DNA of 64,000 bases from Ostrea edulis. Taxonomy: Eukaryota. This document shows, piece by piece, positions 12,901-25,700 of the stretch. The stretch is taken from contig NC_079165.1 of NCBI RefSeq assembly GCF_947568905.1, positions 13,144,001 to 13,208,000 of the forward strand, in the 5' to 3' direction. The notes beneath the pieces are model-generated. The model saw only the letters and a list, made by a program, of their open reading frames with translations. It made no database searches and was not told the DNA's origin. A program made the position numbers and the translations under genes. Within the stretch, counting starts at the first letter, position 1. Every line of letters starts with the position of its first letter.

Positions 12901-15900
12901 TTATATAGCCAGGCCAGGAATATGGTGGCATTCCAGTACCAATCTGGTGCCTTCCATGAGGGAGCCAACCAAGCTCCGTCACTCCAAAAAACGTCTGGCT
13001 TATAAGCATTAACAACCTCATACATCAGCGGCAGCATGTAGTCCTGTAAATATAAACCAGAGATCAGCAATGTGGGACGTGCCCTCTGAGTAGTCCCACA
13101 CCACCTCAGTGTTTAACTGTAGATATAAACCAGAGATAACCAATGTGGGACGTGCCCTCTGAGTAGTCCCACACCACCTCAGTGTTTAACTGTAGATATA
13201 AACCAGAGATCAGCAATGTGGGACGTGCCCTCTGAGTAGTCCCACACCACCTCAGTGTTTAACTGTAGATATAAACCAGAGATAATCAACGTGGGACGTG
13301 CCCTCTGAGTAGTCCCACACCACCTCAGTGTTTAACTGTAGATATAAACCAGAGATCAGCAACGGGCGTGCCCTCTGAGTAGTCCCACACCACCTCAGTG
13401 TTTAACTGTAGATATAAACCAGAGATCAGCAATGTGGGACGTGCCCTCTGAGTAGTCCCACACCACCTCAGTGTTTAACTGTAGATATAAACCAGAGATA
13501 AGCAACGGGCGTGCCCTCTGAGTAGTCCCACACCACCTCAGTGTTTAACTGTAGAATTATATAAACCAGAGATAACCAATGTGGGACATGCCCTCTGAGT
13601 AGTCCCACACCACCTCAGTGTTTAACTGTAGAATTATATAAACCAGAGATAGGCAATGTGGGACGTGCCCTCTGAGTAGTCCCACACCACCTCAGTGTTT
13701 AACTGTAGATATAAACCAGAGATAATCAATGTGGGACGTGCCCTCTGAGTAGTCCCACACCACCTCAGTGTTTAACTGTAGATATAAACCAGAGATCAGC
13801 AACGGGCGTGCCCTCTGAGTAGTCCCACACCACCTCAGTGTTTAACTGTAGATATAAACCAGAGATCAGCAATGTGGGACGTGCCCTCTGAGTAGTCCCA
13901 CACCACCTCAGTGTTTAACTGTAGATATAAACCAGAGATAACCAATGTGGGACGTGCCCTCTGAGTAGTCCCACACCACCTCAGTGTTTAACTGTAGATA
14001 TAAGCCAGAGATAGGCAATGTGGGACGTGCCCTCTGAGTAGTCCCACACCACCTCAGTGTTTGACTCTCAATAAGGTGACAAAGGGGCAGGTCAACTGCA
14101 TCAACTTCATTTTTGCTATTACAGCAAAATGGGTCTTTAACTTTGAACCCTGGCCCACTTTAGAGTTCAAGATGTGATCAAACTTCCCAATCACATTTTT
14201 ATTAAGTTTGTGGTCCTAAGAACACAATTCATAAGACATTTCCTATAAACAAAGGTCCACAGGCCTTATTGGTTACCTGAGTATTGGCCTTATCGGTTAC
14301 CTGAGTATTGGTTAAAGTATCAACAGTCTTAAGGGCCAAGAAATTCTATAAATATTCAGCAGCAATATAAAACAAGATATGTTCTTAAAACACAAATGAC
14401 CACAAAAATGCCCATACTGATGAAAGACTTTCTATAATATATGTTACATTGACCCTGGGGTTGTGAAATTCACCTTTTTGGTACATCCCTTTCTACTTTT
14501 CCTCAATATGAATTTGGTTTTTAAACAACGTCAGCTAAATTAAAGAAGTCTTTCAAATGATAAAGACAATCATCACCATGATAATATTGGCCCCACCCTG
14601 AAACCCTGCAAAGCCCTTCTCCTGGCATCATAAAATTTACAATTTTGGTAAAGGACTACCTGCTCCTTTTAAATATTCAATTAGTTTCAATTTTAGTATC
14701 AATAGTATTAAAGAAGATGGTATTTAAATGATTTACACATAAACACTATATAAATGTCAAATTTGGTCCCATATCCTGGGGTCAGAACCTCTATCCTGAG
14801 GATCATGAAATTTACAAATTTGGTAAAGGCCTTACGGCTCTACATGACTATATACATTAATTTATTTTTTCTTTCATATGTGTGGTTGCAGAGAAGATTT
14901 TGAAAATTGTTTAGTTTTTGTCCTGCCGGTACAGTCCTTGGGGTGTAGGGGCCCTGTAATTTACTATTTATGTATCTCTTGTCCCAAAGACGCTTCATAC
15001 CAAATTTGAATAGAATTGGAAAGGTAGTTATCAAGAAGTTTGAAGTGTTCAATTGTTAAAGGACAACACAATGATGTACACAGATCAATAGTAAAAGGTC
15101 ACGATTGACTCAGGTGACCTGCTGATGATTGATTGTACATGTATATTGTTTAACGTCCCTCTCAAATGTTCGGAGCTTACAACCTTTGAGCAGGGAGGGA
15201 TCTTTATTGTGCCACACCTGCTGTGACACGGGGAACCCCCATCCTGGTCTCAGGAAACATGGGTTTGAAATATATGATCTACCAAAAATATCACATTCAT
15301 TTTGTCATTTCTGATTCTTTAAGAATCCTCTGAAATTTGGTCAACAAAGACTTCACAATATTATCCTATTAATGATAAAGGGAACAACATATTTGGATGA
15401 AAACTCTCCATCTCTATGATACAAGTAATGGTACTGAGAAAAGTGACTCACTTTAACAAATCTATTAGTTGTGTAGTTATTTTTTTGGTCTTCCAGCCAA
15501 AGAGGGTTGAACCACTCGATCATGTCATGATAGATACCAAACCTAACGTCTGTTCCCTTCAATGCTTCTTTCAAGGGACCTACAAACCAATAAATTTTAT
15601 GTACTTTAAAGGGTTATAACTTCAATTCATACATGTGGAAAAGTTTGCATATATCCAACTTAAGTAATGCCAACGTCTAGGAAATGTTTCAAACTTTGAA
15701 GATCATATCAATACATTTCCTGCAATGTCATTTGTTTCTGACAATGTACACACAGATATACTGTATGCATACTTATTAGGCTCAAAATGAGCTGCTGCAA
15801 TGTTTGGCATATATTCTTTTTGTATACATGTGTGATAATGGATGAATTGAGATATTCATATCTTAGCACAGCCATGAATTAATGCCACTGTATCATCAAC

Positions 15901-18798
15901 AAAGGCACTATTCAGAAGTTTGAATCCTGTAAAACAAGTACACACACAATACATAATCTCCTAAATTTTGGAGAACAAAACTTTACCAACACACATCAAG
16001 ACAATGCACATGTATGTTCATGTTGAGAAGGCCAAAAATAATTAGTGTTGTGTTTCTACTAACATCCTAAACAAATTGAGGTAGGTTGGTAGGAATTGAA
16101 TTATAATACTGTTTCTTGCAATTTTTTTCTGAGTACACAAAGAAACACTCTGACAACTAGCTCCTTGCAGGTATTTAACATACTGTCAGAATACAAGGGG
16201 CTCATTTCCACCATTAATCATTACAGTTAATATGCTTTTATATTACAAACAAGTACCCCATGTAGGAGGTGAATCTGGTGAGAGGAAACACAGCAGTTTT
16301 TATTTTAGGCCTAAAGGGAACAAAACGTGTATTAATTTAATAAAGACTTACCCACTAAGTCTCTTTTCGGACCAACATCTCGCGAATTCCACTGATATGT
16401 CACATTGGTTGGGTACATGCTAAACCCATCACAATGTTTGGATGTCAACACCACATATCTACAGACCAAAACAAAATTTCACCTCTTGAATACACTTAGG
16501 TCAGCATCAGCTTTATTCCCTCCAAAAATAGGAAATTCACATACTCAATATAACAATATCTATTGAAATGTACATTTGATTCACCATGTTTACTTGGAAA
16601 CCTAAGAAAGAAATAGACTAGCTCCTGATACATGTGCATTAATTAACAAAAATTAATTTTGTTACAAAAATAGTACCTTTTAAGAATAAAATCCTTCCAT
16701 CATTATTTATAGTAGTATACCCGTTATTTACAATTAAAAGCTCTAATTCATTATAAAGCTGTACAGTACACAAGTTTGGGATCTACTTTTTAAATGCTAT
16801 ACTAATACTGTTTTTGTTTGTATGACAGAATTAGTTCATATTTGAATTATTTGACAAATTATTCACAAGAAGTATTTATACCCCAGGCTTTCACCATACA
16901 CTCCTGTTTCCAGTTGTCCTTTCCATGTGTTACATCTATTGTGTTACCCAATCATGCCAATTATGATGAATTATCAATATATTTTTTTAGTTATTTCTTT
17001 TCTTCCCATTGAAAACACATTCAAGTTTGCAATAATGAGCAATTAAAAATAATTATTAGAAATATCTTGCATGGATGATGGAAATTATCTAAAGTTTTAG
17101 AGAAAAATTATGAGAAAAATTATGAGAACCATATTATAACATCTATACACAGTAAATTGCTGTATTGAGGTATGCTCGTATGTTTTATTTAACATGTTTA
17201 ATCCTTGTTAATAACCATTCATTGGAAAACCAATACACATATTAGTGTTCTATACATGTTTATTTACATTCTTCCAATCAAGAATTTGAAGGAGAGGATT
17301 GGAAGGGCCGAAGGGGTGAGGTCTTTGTGAAACATTCATAAACTTATGATATATATAGTCCATTTTTACTTTACCATTGATGAATCATTAATTGCACTTC
17401 TATCTATGTAAACAATATGATCTTATCCATACTGCCATTAAACAGGTTGGGAACACTTCCCCTATAGCGAGATCTTCTCACAAAAACACAATTAAATCCC
17501 TCTTTAGCTAGTAAGAAAACATTATTACCATAAACAGATGTTTTGATTGAAAATAATGGCAAATTCCATGCAATGCTGAAAATTGAATAATACACTCAAC
17601 ATGATGCAAATTGTCTCCACATAGAACTGACAACACAGAAAATTTCATATCAATTGTATCTAGCAAGAGGGAAGAAGGCCAAAATCCAATGCACATTGTG
17701 TGTGTTTTTGTTTCGATTTAAATATTTGCAGAAGTATAAGATATTTTAGGACTTTTTCATCTTTTCATGTGAAACTTGGAGATGTACTCCTTGGGTGTTT
17801 TCGCATTTTTGCGAGAATTTATCTCGCTATAGCAGGTTGGGAACACTTCCCCTATAGCTAGATATTCTCGCTAAAACGCGATTATCCCTCTCTAGCGAGA
17901 GTAAATATATATCCTGTACAACCGAGAAAAATACCCGTGGAGTACATCTCTTCGTGTTTCATATGTCATAGATAAGAAGAAAAAGTGCTAAAATGTCTGA
18001 TACTTCTGCAAATATATTAATCAAAACAAAAACACTCAGGGTGTGCACTGGGTTTCAACCTCCTTCCCTCTTACACAGCAACTTTGATATGCAATTTCTT
18101 GACAATTTTGTCAATATCATAGAAAAAATTCGCATCAAGTTAAATGTGTGTCGCACTTATTCAGCGTCACAGAGGATTTGCCATTATTTTAAATAATACG
18201 CCAAAAACACCTGTTTATGGTAATGTTTATTTCTCGCTAAAGAGGGATGATCACGTTTTAGCGAGAATATCTCGCTAATGGGGAAGTGTTCCCAACCTGT
18301 ATCGGGGGAACTTATTGAACAAACAGGAATTGGTCAGTGCTGGTGCATGGTGTTGACCTTGTCAGTAAATAGCTCTTTAGAGCTAATGTTGTATCGTTAT
18401 ATACCATGTCCGACTTTAAATAAAGATTATTATATATTCCCTTACTTGACACCCGAGGCAAGGATTATGTCTTTCCATTTATTGGGGTCATAAAACTCGG
18501 CACGAAACTGCTTGGCAAAATCTGCATATGTGAAGTTTGGTGGGTAAAATTTCTTCATAAAGTTCACTACATCGGTAGCAGGCTGTCCTTTCCAATAGAA
18601 CCAAAACCATTCGCTGTGAATTGAAGGCACGGAGTAGACACCCCAGTTAATGAACATGCCAATTTTCGCATCGTCGTACCAGGCTGGAATGGGTCGAGAG
18701 TCAATACTTTCCCATGTTGGTTTGTACTTTTGACAGTTTGTTGACGAAACAAAACAGATAAATAAGATAATTTCTATTAGACTTGAGCCGTTCATCAT
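9914..18798 (-). CDS. FUCA: GH29 alpha-L-fucosidase-like protein, 8 exons, 461 aa, signal peptide
   Basis: Exons 18798-18446, 16458-16352, 15579-15452, 13043-12895, 12629-12532, 11532-11400, 10538-10368, 10160-9914. All GT-AG; total 1386 nt in frame. Motifs: [30 protein letters not shown] (nucleophile), VTNDRWG, SWGYRR, GGN, VNGEAIY. Confidence 0.95.
10861..11410. repeat. 25/22-bp minisatellite, about 23 copies, overlapping the FUCA exon 6 donor
   Basis: Unit gtgtataatatttcaatacctgata with a 22-bp variant gtgtatatttcaatacctgata. Confidence 0.97.
11626..11943. mobile_element. Non-autonomous TTAA-target DNA transposon (Kolobok-like) carrying a tRNA-like segment
   Basis: TTAA|GGAGGTATGCTACAC ... 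ATGTAGAGTACCTCC|TTAA. Confidence 0.75.
12246..12468. repeat. Foldback element with about 85-bp imperfect arms in FUCA intron 5
   Basis: caatcggaactcctcgaatgtctc... paired with ...gagacattcgaggaattccgattg. Confidence 0.8.
13044..14061. repeat. 73-bp minisatellite, 14 copies (69-77 bp variants), abutting the FUCA exon 4 acceptor
   Basis: Unit tgtagatataaaccagagatcagcaatgtgggacgtgccctctgagtagtcccacaccacctcagtgtttaac; period 73 (e.g. 13081 and 13154). Confidence 0.97.
14250..15120 (+). mobile_element. Non-autonomous Helentron/HINE (pearl/CvA-like) repeat; partial relatives near 9645-9800 and 60420-60640
   Basis: Starts aacaaaggtccacaggcc...cacctgag, has an internal ~160-bp repeated core, and ends ggtcacgattgactcaggtgacct. 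Family call is from recalled bivalve repeats. Confidence 0.55.
17443..18300. mobile_element. Two opposed copies of a MITE with CAGGTTGGGAACACTTCCCC termini (17443-17831 and 17833-18299)
   Basis: The TIR sequence appears at 17444, 17833 and inverted at 18280-18299. The interiors are reverse complements of each other. Confidence 0.75.
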
Positions 18799-19943
18799 GA
18801 AAGTGAAAGTAACGTCACGTGAGTGTAAATAAACTATGGACTTTGTACGATAAAACCGAAATATCCGGAAAGGAATCTTTCGATAATGTTCATGGGCCTC
18901 AACACTCACCCAAATATTCATTGCACATGAAGTGAATCTTTGGATGCATTATCATGGGTTGTTGACGACACCCTCTTTTCCCGAAGGTCTATAGTCTACA
19001 GGGGAAAAAAAGAAGAAGAAAATATAATTAAAAAAAAAAAAAAAAGCGTTCACTGGTCCGACACGACTTTGATCTTTTGATGTTGATTTTTAAGTAAATG
19101 CATGCAATCAATTCATCTTCCTCTGTGATTGACTACAATAAGCAATTTCCGATGGCGGTGCAACGTTTGTTTGTTTGTTACTTTTTTTTCTTTCTTTTTC
19201 TTTGTGTATTTTTGTTTTGTTTTGTTTTCCTTTACAGTATTGAACACTGGGACAAGGTAATGTTTTGATTGATCAAACTAAATGTGTCATTTTCAAAATA
19301 ATGTATAATGATTAAATTTAACATTGAAAATAAAGCGTTTTGAATATGTTGAGTTTAAACACAATGAATCGATTTAATCTTGAGAATATTTACAATAGAA
19401 TTTTACAATTTGACACAAAGTCGGACACTGTCTAACTTTTTGTCAACACTAAAAATCACAAGCAAATTTATTTGGGCAATGTAAGGTCCATATATATTGT
19501 AGAAAACGATATCTTAAAACTACCTTTACAGGCGCAGATTCTGAAATCCTTTTCAAGATGGTCGAACCTTAGGAAACGCTCTAGCCAATGAGCCACGCAG
19601 GCGACCTTTTACTTTTGTGTTGATGGTTGTTTTGTTTTTTATATGAGGTGACGTGTTATTTTGCCAAAAAAAAAACTTGATTAAAATAATCTTCGGGTTT
19701 GTTGCCTGATATATGATTGCACAATTTCTTTTGGCTCAATTTCTAATAAATGGTGAAGATGCATTGATCAGTTCAAGTGCAGTCAATCTGTCTTCTTGCA
19801 CAGTACTGTGAATGTAAACTCGTGATTCGTCTTCGCCCAGAGAGGAATCTTTCTGTCTCACATGTGATTGGTAAAACACGTCCAGTGTGGCAATCTGATA
19901 AAAATCAGCTCCACTACCTAGCTCCTCGATCTTTTATATTGTT

Positions 19944-20186
19944 CCCGTGGGGATCCGGGTTGGAATAGGTCCTCAGTACCCCCTTGCTTGTCGTAGAAGG
20001 ATGAGACCGCAAAAACTGAGGTCCCGTATCACAGCAGGTGTGGCACGATAAAGATCCCTCCTGCTCAATGGCCATAAGCGCCGAGCATAGGCCTAAATTT
20101 TGTTGCCCTTGATCGGCAGTGGTGACGTCTCCATATGAGTGAAATATTCTCGAGAGGAACGTTAAACAATATTCAATCAATCAATC
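19944..20186 (-). mobile_element. SINE-like repeat copy
   Basis: Runs from cccgtggggatccggg to gttaaacaatattcaatcaatcaatc. Confidence 0.65.
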
Positions 20187-20189
20187 TTT

Positions 20190-21330
20190 TATATTGTCGT
20201 TACATGAGGCGAGGTCCAAAATTGTGTTCTGAGGCCAGTTTGGGCAACTCTTCCTGTGAAAGATTTGGCACATTGATAGCCAAAAGAAAATATCAAATAC
20301 CGCGTGATCGTCTTTCTGAAACCTTGTATGCAATTCATTGGAGTCCAGAAACGAAATGACCACAACAGATCGATAAGAATCTCTTGGAGTTTCTGTAGAG
20401 ACATTTTCCCTGTGTTGCTGCTTGGAGGTTACAATCGCTATATCAAGGTCGTCTACAATTTGTTTTACATCTTCAAAGCATGACTCGAATTCGGCATCAA
20501 TCCTTCTACATGTACTTTGATCCACGTATTCGTCAAGTAACTTGCTTGCTTGCAGTGGGAATGCCATTATCTCTTTTTTAAAGTTTGACAGTCAGAAGCT
20601 TTATTATATCGAGTTCATACCTTGCAAAAACAAATGTTATCAACACATAGAAAGAAGTCATAGAAGCGAGAAGTCCCTGTGTGGTGACTTTAGTTTGTCT
20701 GTCGCAGACCAGTCTTTTCTGGTACTTTAATTAAGGTTTTGATTGAGTATGTGCTGCAGGAATTTCACGACGTTGTGACTCCCCATGATTTGTATGACCT
20801 CATTCTGAATGGGTTTGCTAGTATATAAGGTATTCTTGTTTGCTGTTTGTGGATGAAAGCAGAACTGCCCATCATGCATTGTCAACATATGTATCATTGC
20901 CAGGAAATTACCTTTATTTGAGGAATTACTTGTAGCATCATCTCTGTGTCCTCAGAGAAGAATACTTTGTTTCCTACAGAGAATGAATGCATCTTCTGTT
21001 TTCTCAAGCAACTTTATGTTGCAATGATACTGTGCTGAATTTCCTTTTACATTTATATGGATGAGACCAATGAGACAAGATGAAAACAATTGGATACACA
21101 CTTGATTTCCATATATCCAGAGTTTCCAGAAGTGTGCGAAATAGTGCCGATATAAATCAAGTGATCCACCGAACCCGCAGAGAAATTGGCCATAAAGCAG
21201 ACATTTTATGCCATTGCGGCTTTTCCTGGGATTATTGGGGTCGTAGAATTCCGTCCCCAAGAGAATTTGGCATCCTTATGGTAACCGCAAGGGGTTTCAT
21301 TCCATAATTGTTCATGGAATCCTTGACCAC
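20190..21330 (-). pseudogene. hAT-family (ZMYM1/PRKRIR-like) transposase relic
   Basis: ORF 20181-20567 reads RRIDAEFESCFEDVKQIVDDLDI...QHRENVSTETPRDSYRSVVVISFLDS.ELHTRF, which resembles hAT C-terminal regions. A YTSKPIQNEVI-like segment lies near 20800. Heavily decayed. Confidence 0.55.
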
Positions 21331-21436
21331 ACAGGCAAGCTTTTATCATTAATTGCTACTTTAGAAGATAATTTATAATCAGAAAATTGGAAAATTAAAA
21401 ACAACAACAAAAACAACAACAAAACAATTCAACGTT

Positions 21437-21940
21437 ATGACAAACAGGATGACTTCAGCTTCTCCATCGTCAACTTACCATATCTATGTAGTAACATTCC
21501 ATTATCACCTGCATATGAGGTATGTATATCTCTCACATAATACGATATACAAGAGCTTATCCTGCGTATGATCAGTTTTCAAATCGAGACAGGCTACTGA
21601 GAAACACGTTGATGTTACATTTCGCAGATTCTTTGGTCGTTATAACGATTTAGTTTGCCAATACAACCTTTCATTGGATAAGATGCTGTCTAGCGTGTTT
21701 CATACCATCTGTTAAACCGTTTTTTACATACTAATTTTGACTTCCGATTACTTACTCTAATTTTCTGATCAAAATGGGGCTCACGGCGGGTGTGACCGGT
21801 CGACAGGGGATGCTGACTCCTCTAGGTCACCTGATTCTACCTTTGGTATGTCCAGGGGTCCGTGTTTGCCCAACTCTTAATTTCATATTCCTTATAGGGG
21901 GTTATGAGATTGATCACTGTTTGTTATATTCACTGTTCAT
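21437..21940 (+). mobile_element. Naiad 3' fragment (RT end + tail)
   Basis: Matches 53270-53794. Confidence 0.85.
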
Positions 21941-22712
21941 AAGCTAAAATGGAAGGTGTCCAATTCTATATTAATTTTAGTTAGAAATGTAACTTGATTT
22001 TGATGCAAAGTTAATGCAGGCATGAAAGATAATAGCGTACCTGAAGTTTCTTTTTATCTTTTCAATTACAGGAAAGTTTTTGAATGTGGTTTCAAAAATG
22101 ATGATTCGTTTATTTTCCGCAGTTCAGATATTGATATTCACTTACATGTAGGACATACTCATATACTTACAGTGGCATGGGTATTGACGATGTTTTACTG
22201 AGGGACAGTGGTTATGCCTGCAGTAGATATATGTTGACTCCTTATTTGCGACCAAATACGAGGTACATAAACATAAATGTTCAATCGGATTGATCTTATC
22301 AAATGATATCAGATTGTAATTTAATCACATGTGCCACAAATCTATGGAGCACCAAATTAACATCAACCCTAGTAATTGAAGATATCTTTAATTATTTGAA
22401 GATATCATCAATTCCATGATAAAGAAAACTCAATCGGTGGAAAAGTTCTCACTTCTCTTTGTACAAGCCATATTTAGCAGACCATCAAATGGAATGCATT
22501 GTGGGATACAGTTTCAGAGGAGAATCAAAGCTAGTCTTAGTCAGAACCAGTCGCTGTATATCTAACAACACCACAGGAACATACCTCGTTTTTAGGGATT
22601 TATAATTTTCACATTATGTCAATAGTAATTTTATTTGTCATATGATATACAATCTCAAACAAGTATTAATATAACATGTCAACAACATTGATATTCCTAA
22701 TTCACAAAAATG

Positions 22713-25700
22713 TTAGATGAGACGTTGTTTTGATTCAGATGGTTGCAGACTTGCTTGATTGGCAAGGGCATGAGCAACCATGGTCTTCTTCTGTGCAAGT
22801 TTGTCTGAAACCGAGGAATGCCGACATTTTCGACAAATACACATCGTAATGAAGACGAAGTTCATTAAAAGAGATAATGCTAGTAGTGCAATTAGAACTA
22901 GGTGGTATCTGTGGTGCCTATGATGGGAATGGAAATGTCCTCCGAACTTGTCTGCCTTCTCTTTTGACGAAGTGGATGGAGCTTTACGATCTGAGAAATA
23001 AAAAATATGCAATTTAAAATTAAATTTCATTCATGACACCTTGATTGCTTAGTGAAAGGTGAAGATAACGAACCGTGATCAATCTGATAACTCCTCTAAG
23101 GAATACAAAATAAAGACTTGGGCAAACACACATCCCTGGATTCACCAGAAGTGGTATCAGGTGCCTAGGAGGAGCAATTATCCCCTATCGACCGGCCACA
23201 CCTGTCATGAGCCCCATATCTTGATCAGGTAAACGGAGTTATCCGTAGTCAAATTAGTGTGGGACGTTTGGGACGGAGGACAATTTTGGGTATAATATGA
23301 GAACCCCAAATTGATCCGGCGACGATTTGGGGGTGTTGCTTTAGATACAATTTTTACACCATCGAAATCAATTTCCCAAGCATGTGCTGGAGTGATGTTG
23401 TTTCGACTAAAAAGCATGGTATCAGAGATTTTACAATATTTCGAGTAAAATATTTGGCATCATTTTGCATTCGCTTAAATTCAATTGACAACTGTCGCAG
23501 GAGGTCAAATTGATATTTATACACACACAGATCGATGTCCTTCACTACTTTTTCCAAATTGCCTCAGTAGCTCAGTGGTAAAGCGTTCTCTTTGTTTGAA
23601 CTCCTGCCACTACCGACCTGGACTCAGTTGCACAAAGGTTAACTAACACTTAAGTTTCCATTAACTTTTACATTTATTACAGTGTTAACTAGACGTTAAC
23701 TGTCAGTTAAAATTAATTAATTTTTACATTTATTACAGTGTTAACTAGACGTTAACTGTCAGTTAAAATTAATTAACTTTTGTGCAACTGGCTCCTTAAT
23801 ATTCATCGTCGTTAGTTTACTATTGTACACTGTCATATCGCTGTCTGACAAACGCGATGATTGATGAATGAAATCAATACAGAAATTATCTAATCGTCTT
23901 TCAGTTTAATATAATATGTTTAAGCAACTTTGTTCCCGTTTTATAGAACAAAACAATTTCAAATTCAGATAAAGGTATATAAGTGGCATATTGTGTACAT
24001 ATGTACTACAAATCCAGAGAAAATATGGCAAATGTTCGTAAATTGAAAGACTTCTTTAAAACTATATTATTCTTTATAAAGCACATCAAACAGTAAAAAA
24101 CCCGAAACAAATTGCGATTTTCAATACATTAGATTGTACTTGCCGATTTCGACGGGTACATAATCTACGACGTGGTAATCGACCTCTTCAACGAGGATTT
24201 CGCTTCGTTGCCGGTGGATCAGAGGCTTCTTTTTTCTCGCACCTTCCGGTGTTTTATATTGCTTGAATTCCTCTGCTGTCATTTTGAAGCTGCCACATGC
24301 TGGGAAGCCCTCGGGTACAGGTTCCATGTCCGAAATATCACCTTCCTGAAGAAGCACAGCCATACCAGATATTTGATGGAGTTCAATGTGGCAGTGCATA
24401 AACCAAAAACCTGAAATATTTACTGTATAGTGTTGATATCTATTCCACTCAAATTAAGTTTTTGAAAACCAAGACTGATATTAGTAAGATGAGTCTTTAT
24501 GGAAAATATCAGGAAACATTTTTGTGGAATCAAGAGAAAGCCCATTGTCCAATTATTCTAAATCATTGGATAGTTTTCTCAAATAAAACATGCACGTGTA
24601 CAGGTAATTTTTCAGATCGAAAAGGACTTAATATCACACTATTGGGTTTGAAAAGAAATAAAATAAAACGGCGTATCAATTAACAAATACCGGGATTGTC
24701 CGCTTTCAGTCTGAGTACAACGTAGCCATTTCTCGGCACTGCTATCGTGTCCTTCTGTGGTGGATCCTCAAGATTTAGTCCAGGAACATTTCCAAATCTC
24801 CAACTTTCATTTCTCCAAGTTGCATCGTTACAACTTTTAGTATTACATAGAATGTCTCTATTTCTATTCACAAATCTCCCAGAGGAGGCATTGTATGCAG
24901 GATATCCAGTCTTTACGACATGAAAATGGTGACCGTGCATATGAACGGGATGTGGCATACCAAAACCTGCGTCATCTATATAAATAAACATATCTAAGTG
25001 ACAATGTTCATATATATATATTACAATATCCTTCACGTCACGGATAGATAATGTTCAACTTCACTTTAAAAAAAAAAGAAATCCTCGAAATGACTGTCTG
25101 CATTGACAAAGTAGAAAATAATTATTTATGTGCAGCACTATTCATACCCATATTGAGCAGAGTCATTTGCACCGTTTTGTCTTTTTCCAGCTTTACGATA
25201 TAAGTGCATACACAATGATCCGTGCAATCCAGCTCGTCACAGCTGGTTGTTGTATTGGCCTGTTTAGGATAAATCTGCAAAAAGGAACAGTCAACCATCA
25301 CTCTATCATTCAGAATTTATTTTATTTCAGAATTTCGTCACAGTTGAACATGGAGCATTTTGTTACACTCGGAGTATAGAAACCCTTTTAAGTCATTTAA
25401 ACACGTCTTCCCTCCCCACAAACAGGGATTAACTGGGGTGGGTGTGTGGACACAAAAAAGATAGCGGTATATCAGTATGAATTGTTTACCTGAGGTGGGG
25501 ATGTGGGTGGAACAAACACGTGGCCGTTTACTGCCGTGGTAAAGGGGATTTTTGCAGTAGCTAGAATGAGTAAATGAACAATAAATCGAATGAAATAGAA
25601 TCAACTCTCTAATAGTTCTCGATGGTCCGCATTATCAATTCATTCGTTTGTCATATTATGCAAGTGGGAATTTATTTCTGATATGTAGCACTCAAAATAA

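Noticed and set aside
13044-14061. CRISPR-like look of the regular 73-bp array
   Set aside because: There are no unique spacers; whole units repeat; the context is a eukaryotic intron with no cas genes.
368-21307. Most short ORF-track entries in this span (e.g. 368-649, 883-1149, 3736-4029, 18567-18752)
   Set aside because: They are antisense or off-frame to real exons, or lie in introns and repeats.
23561-23600. tRNA-like start gtagctcagtggtaaagcgttc
   Set aside because: Only the A-box half is present, with no anticodon or T arm; at most a SINE head fragment.
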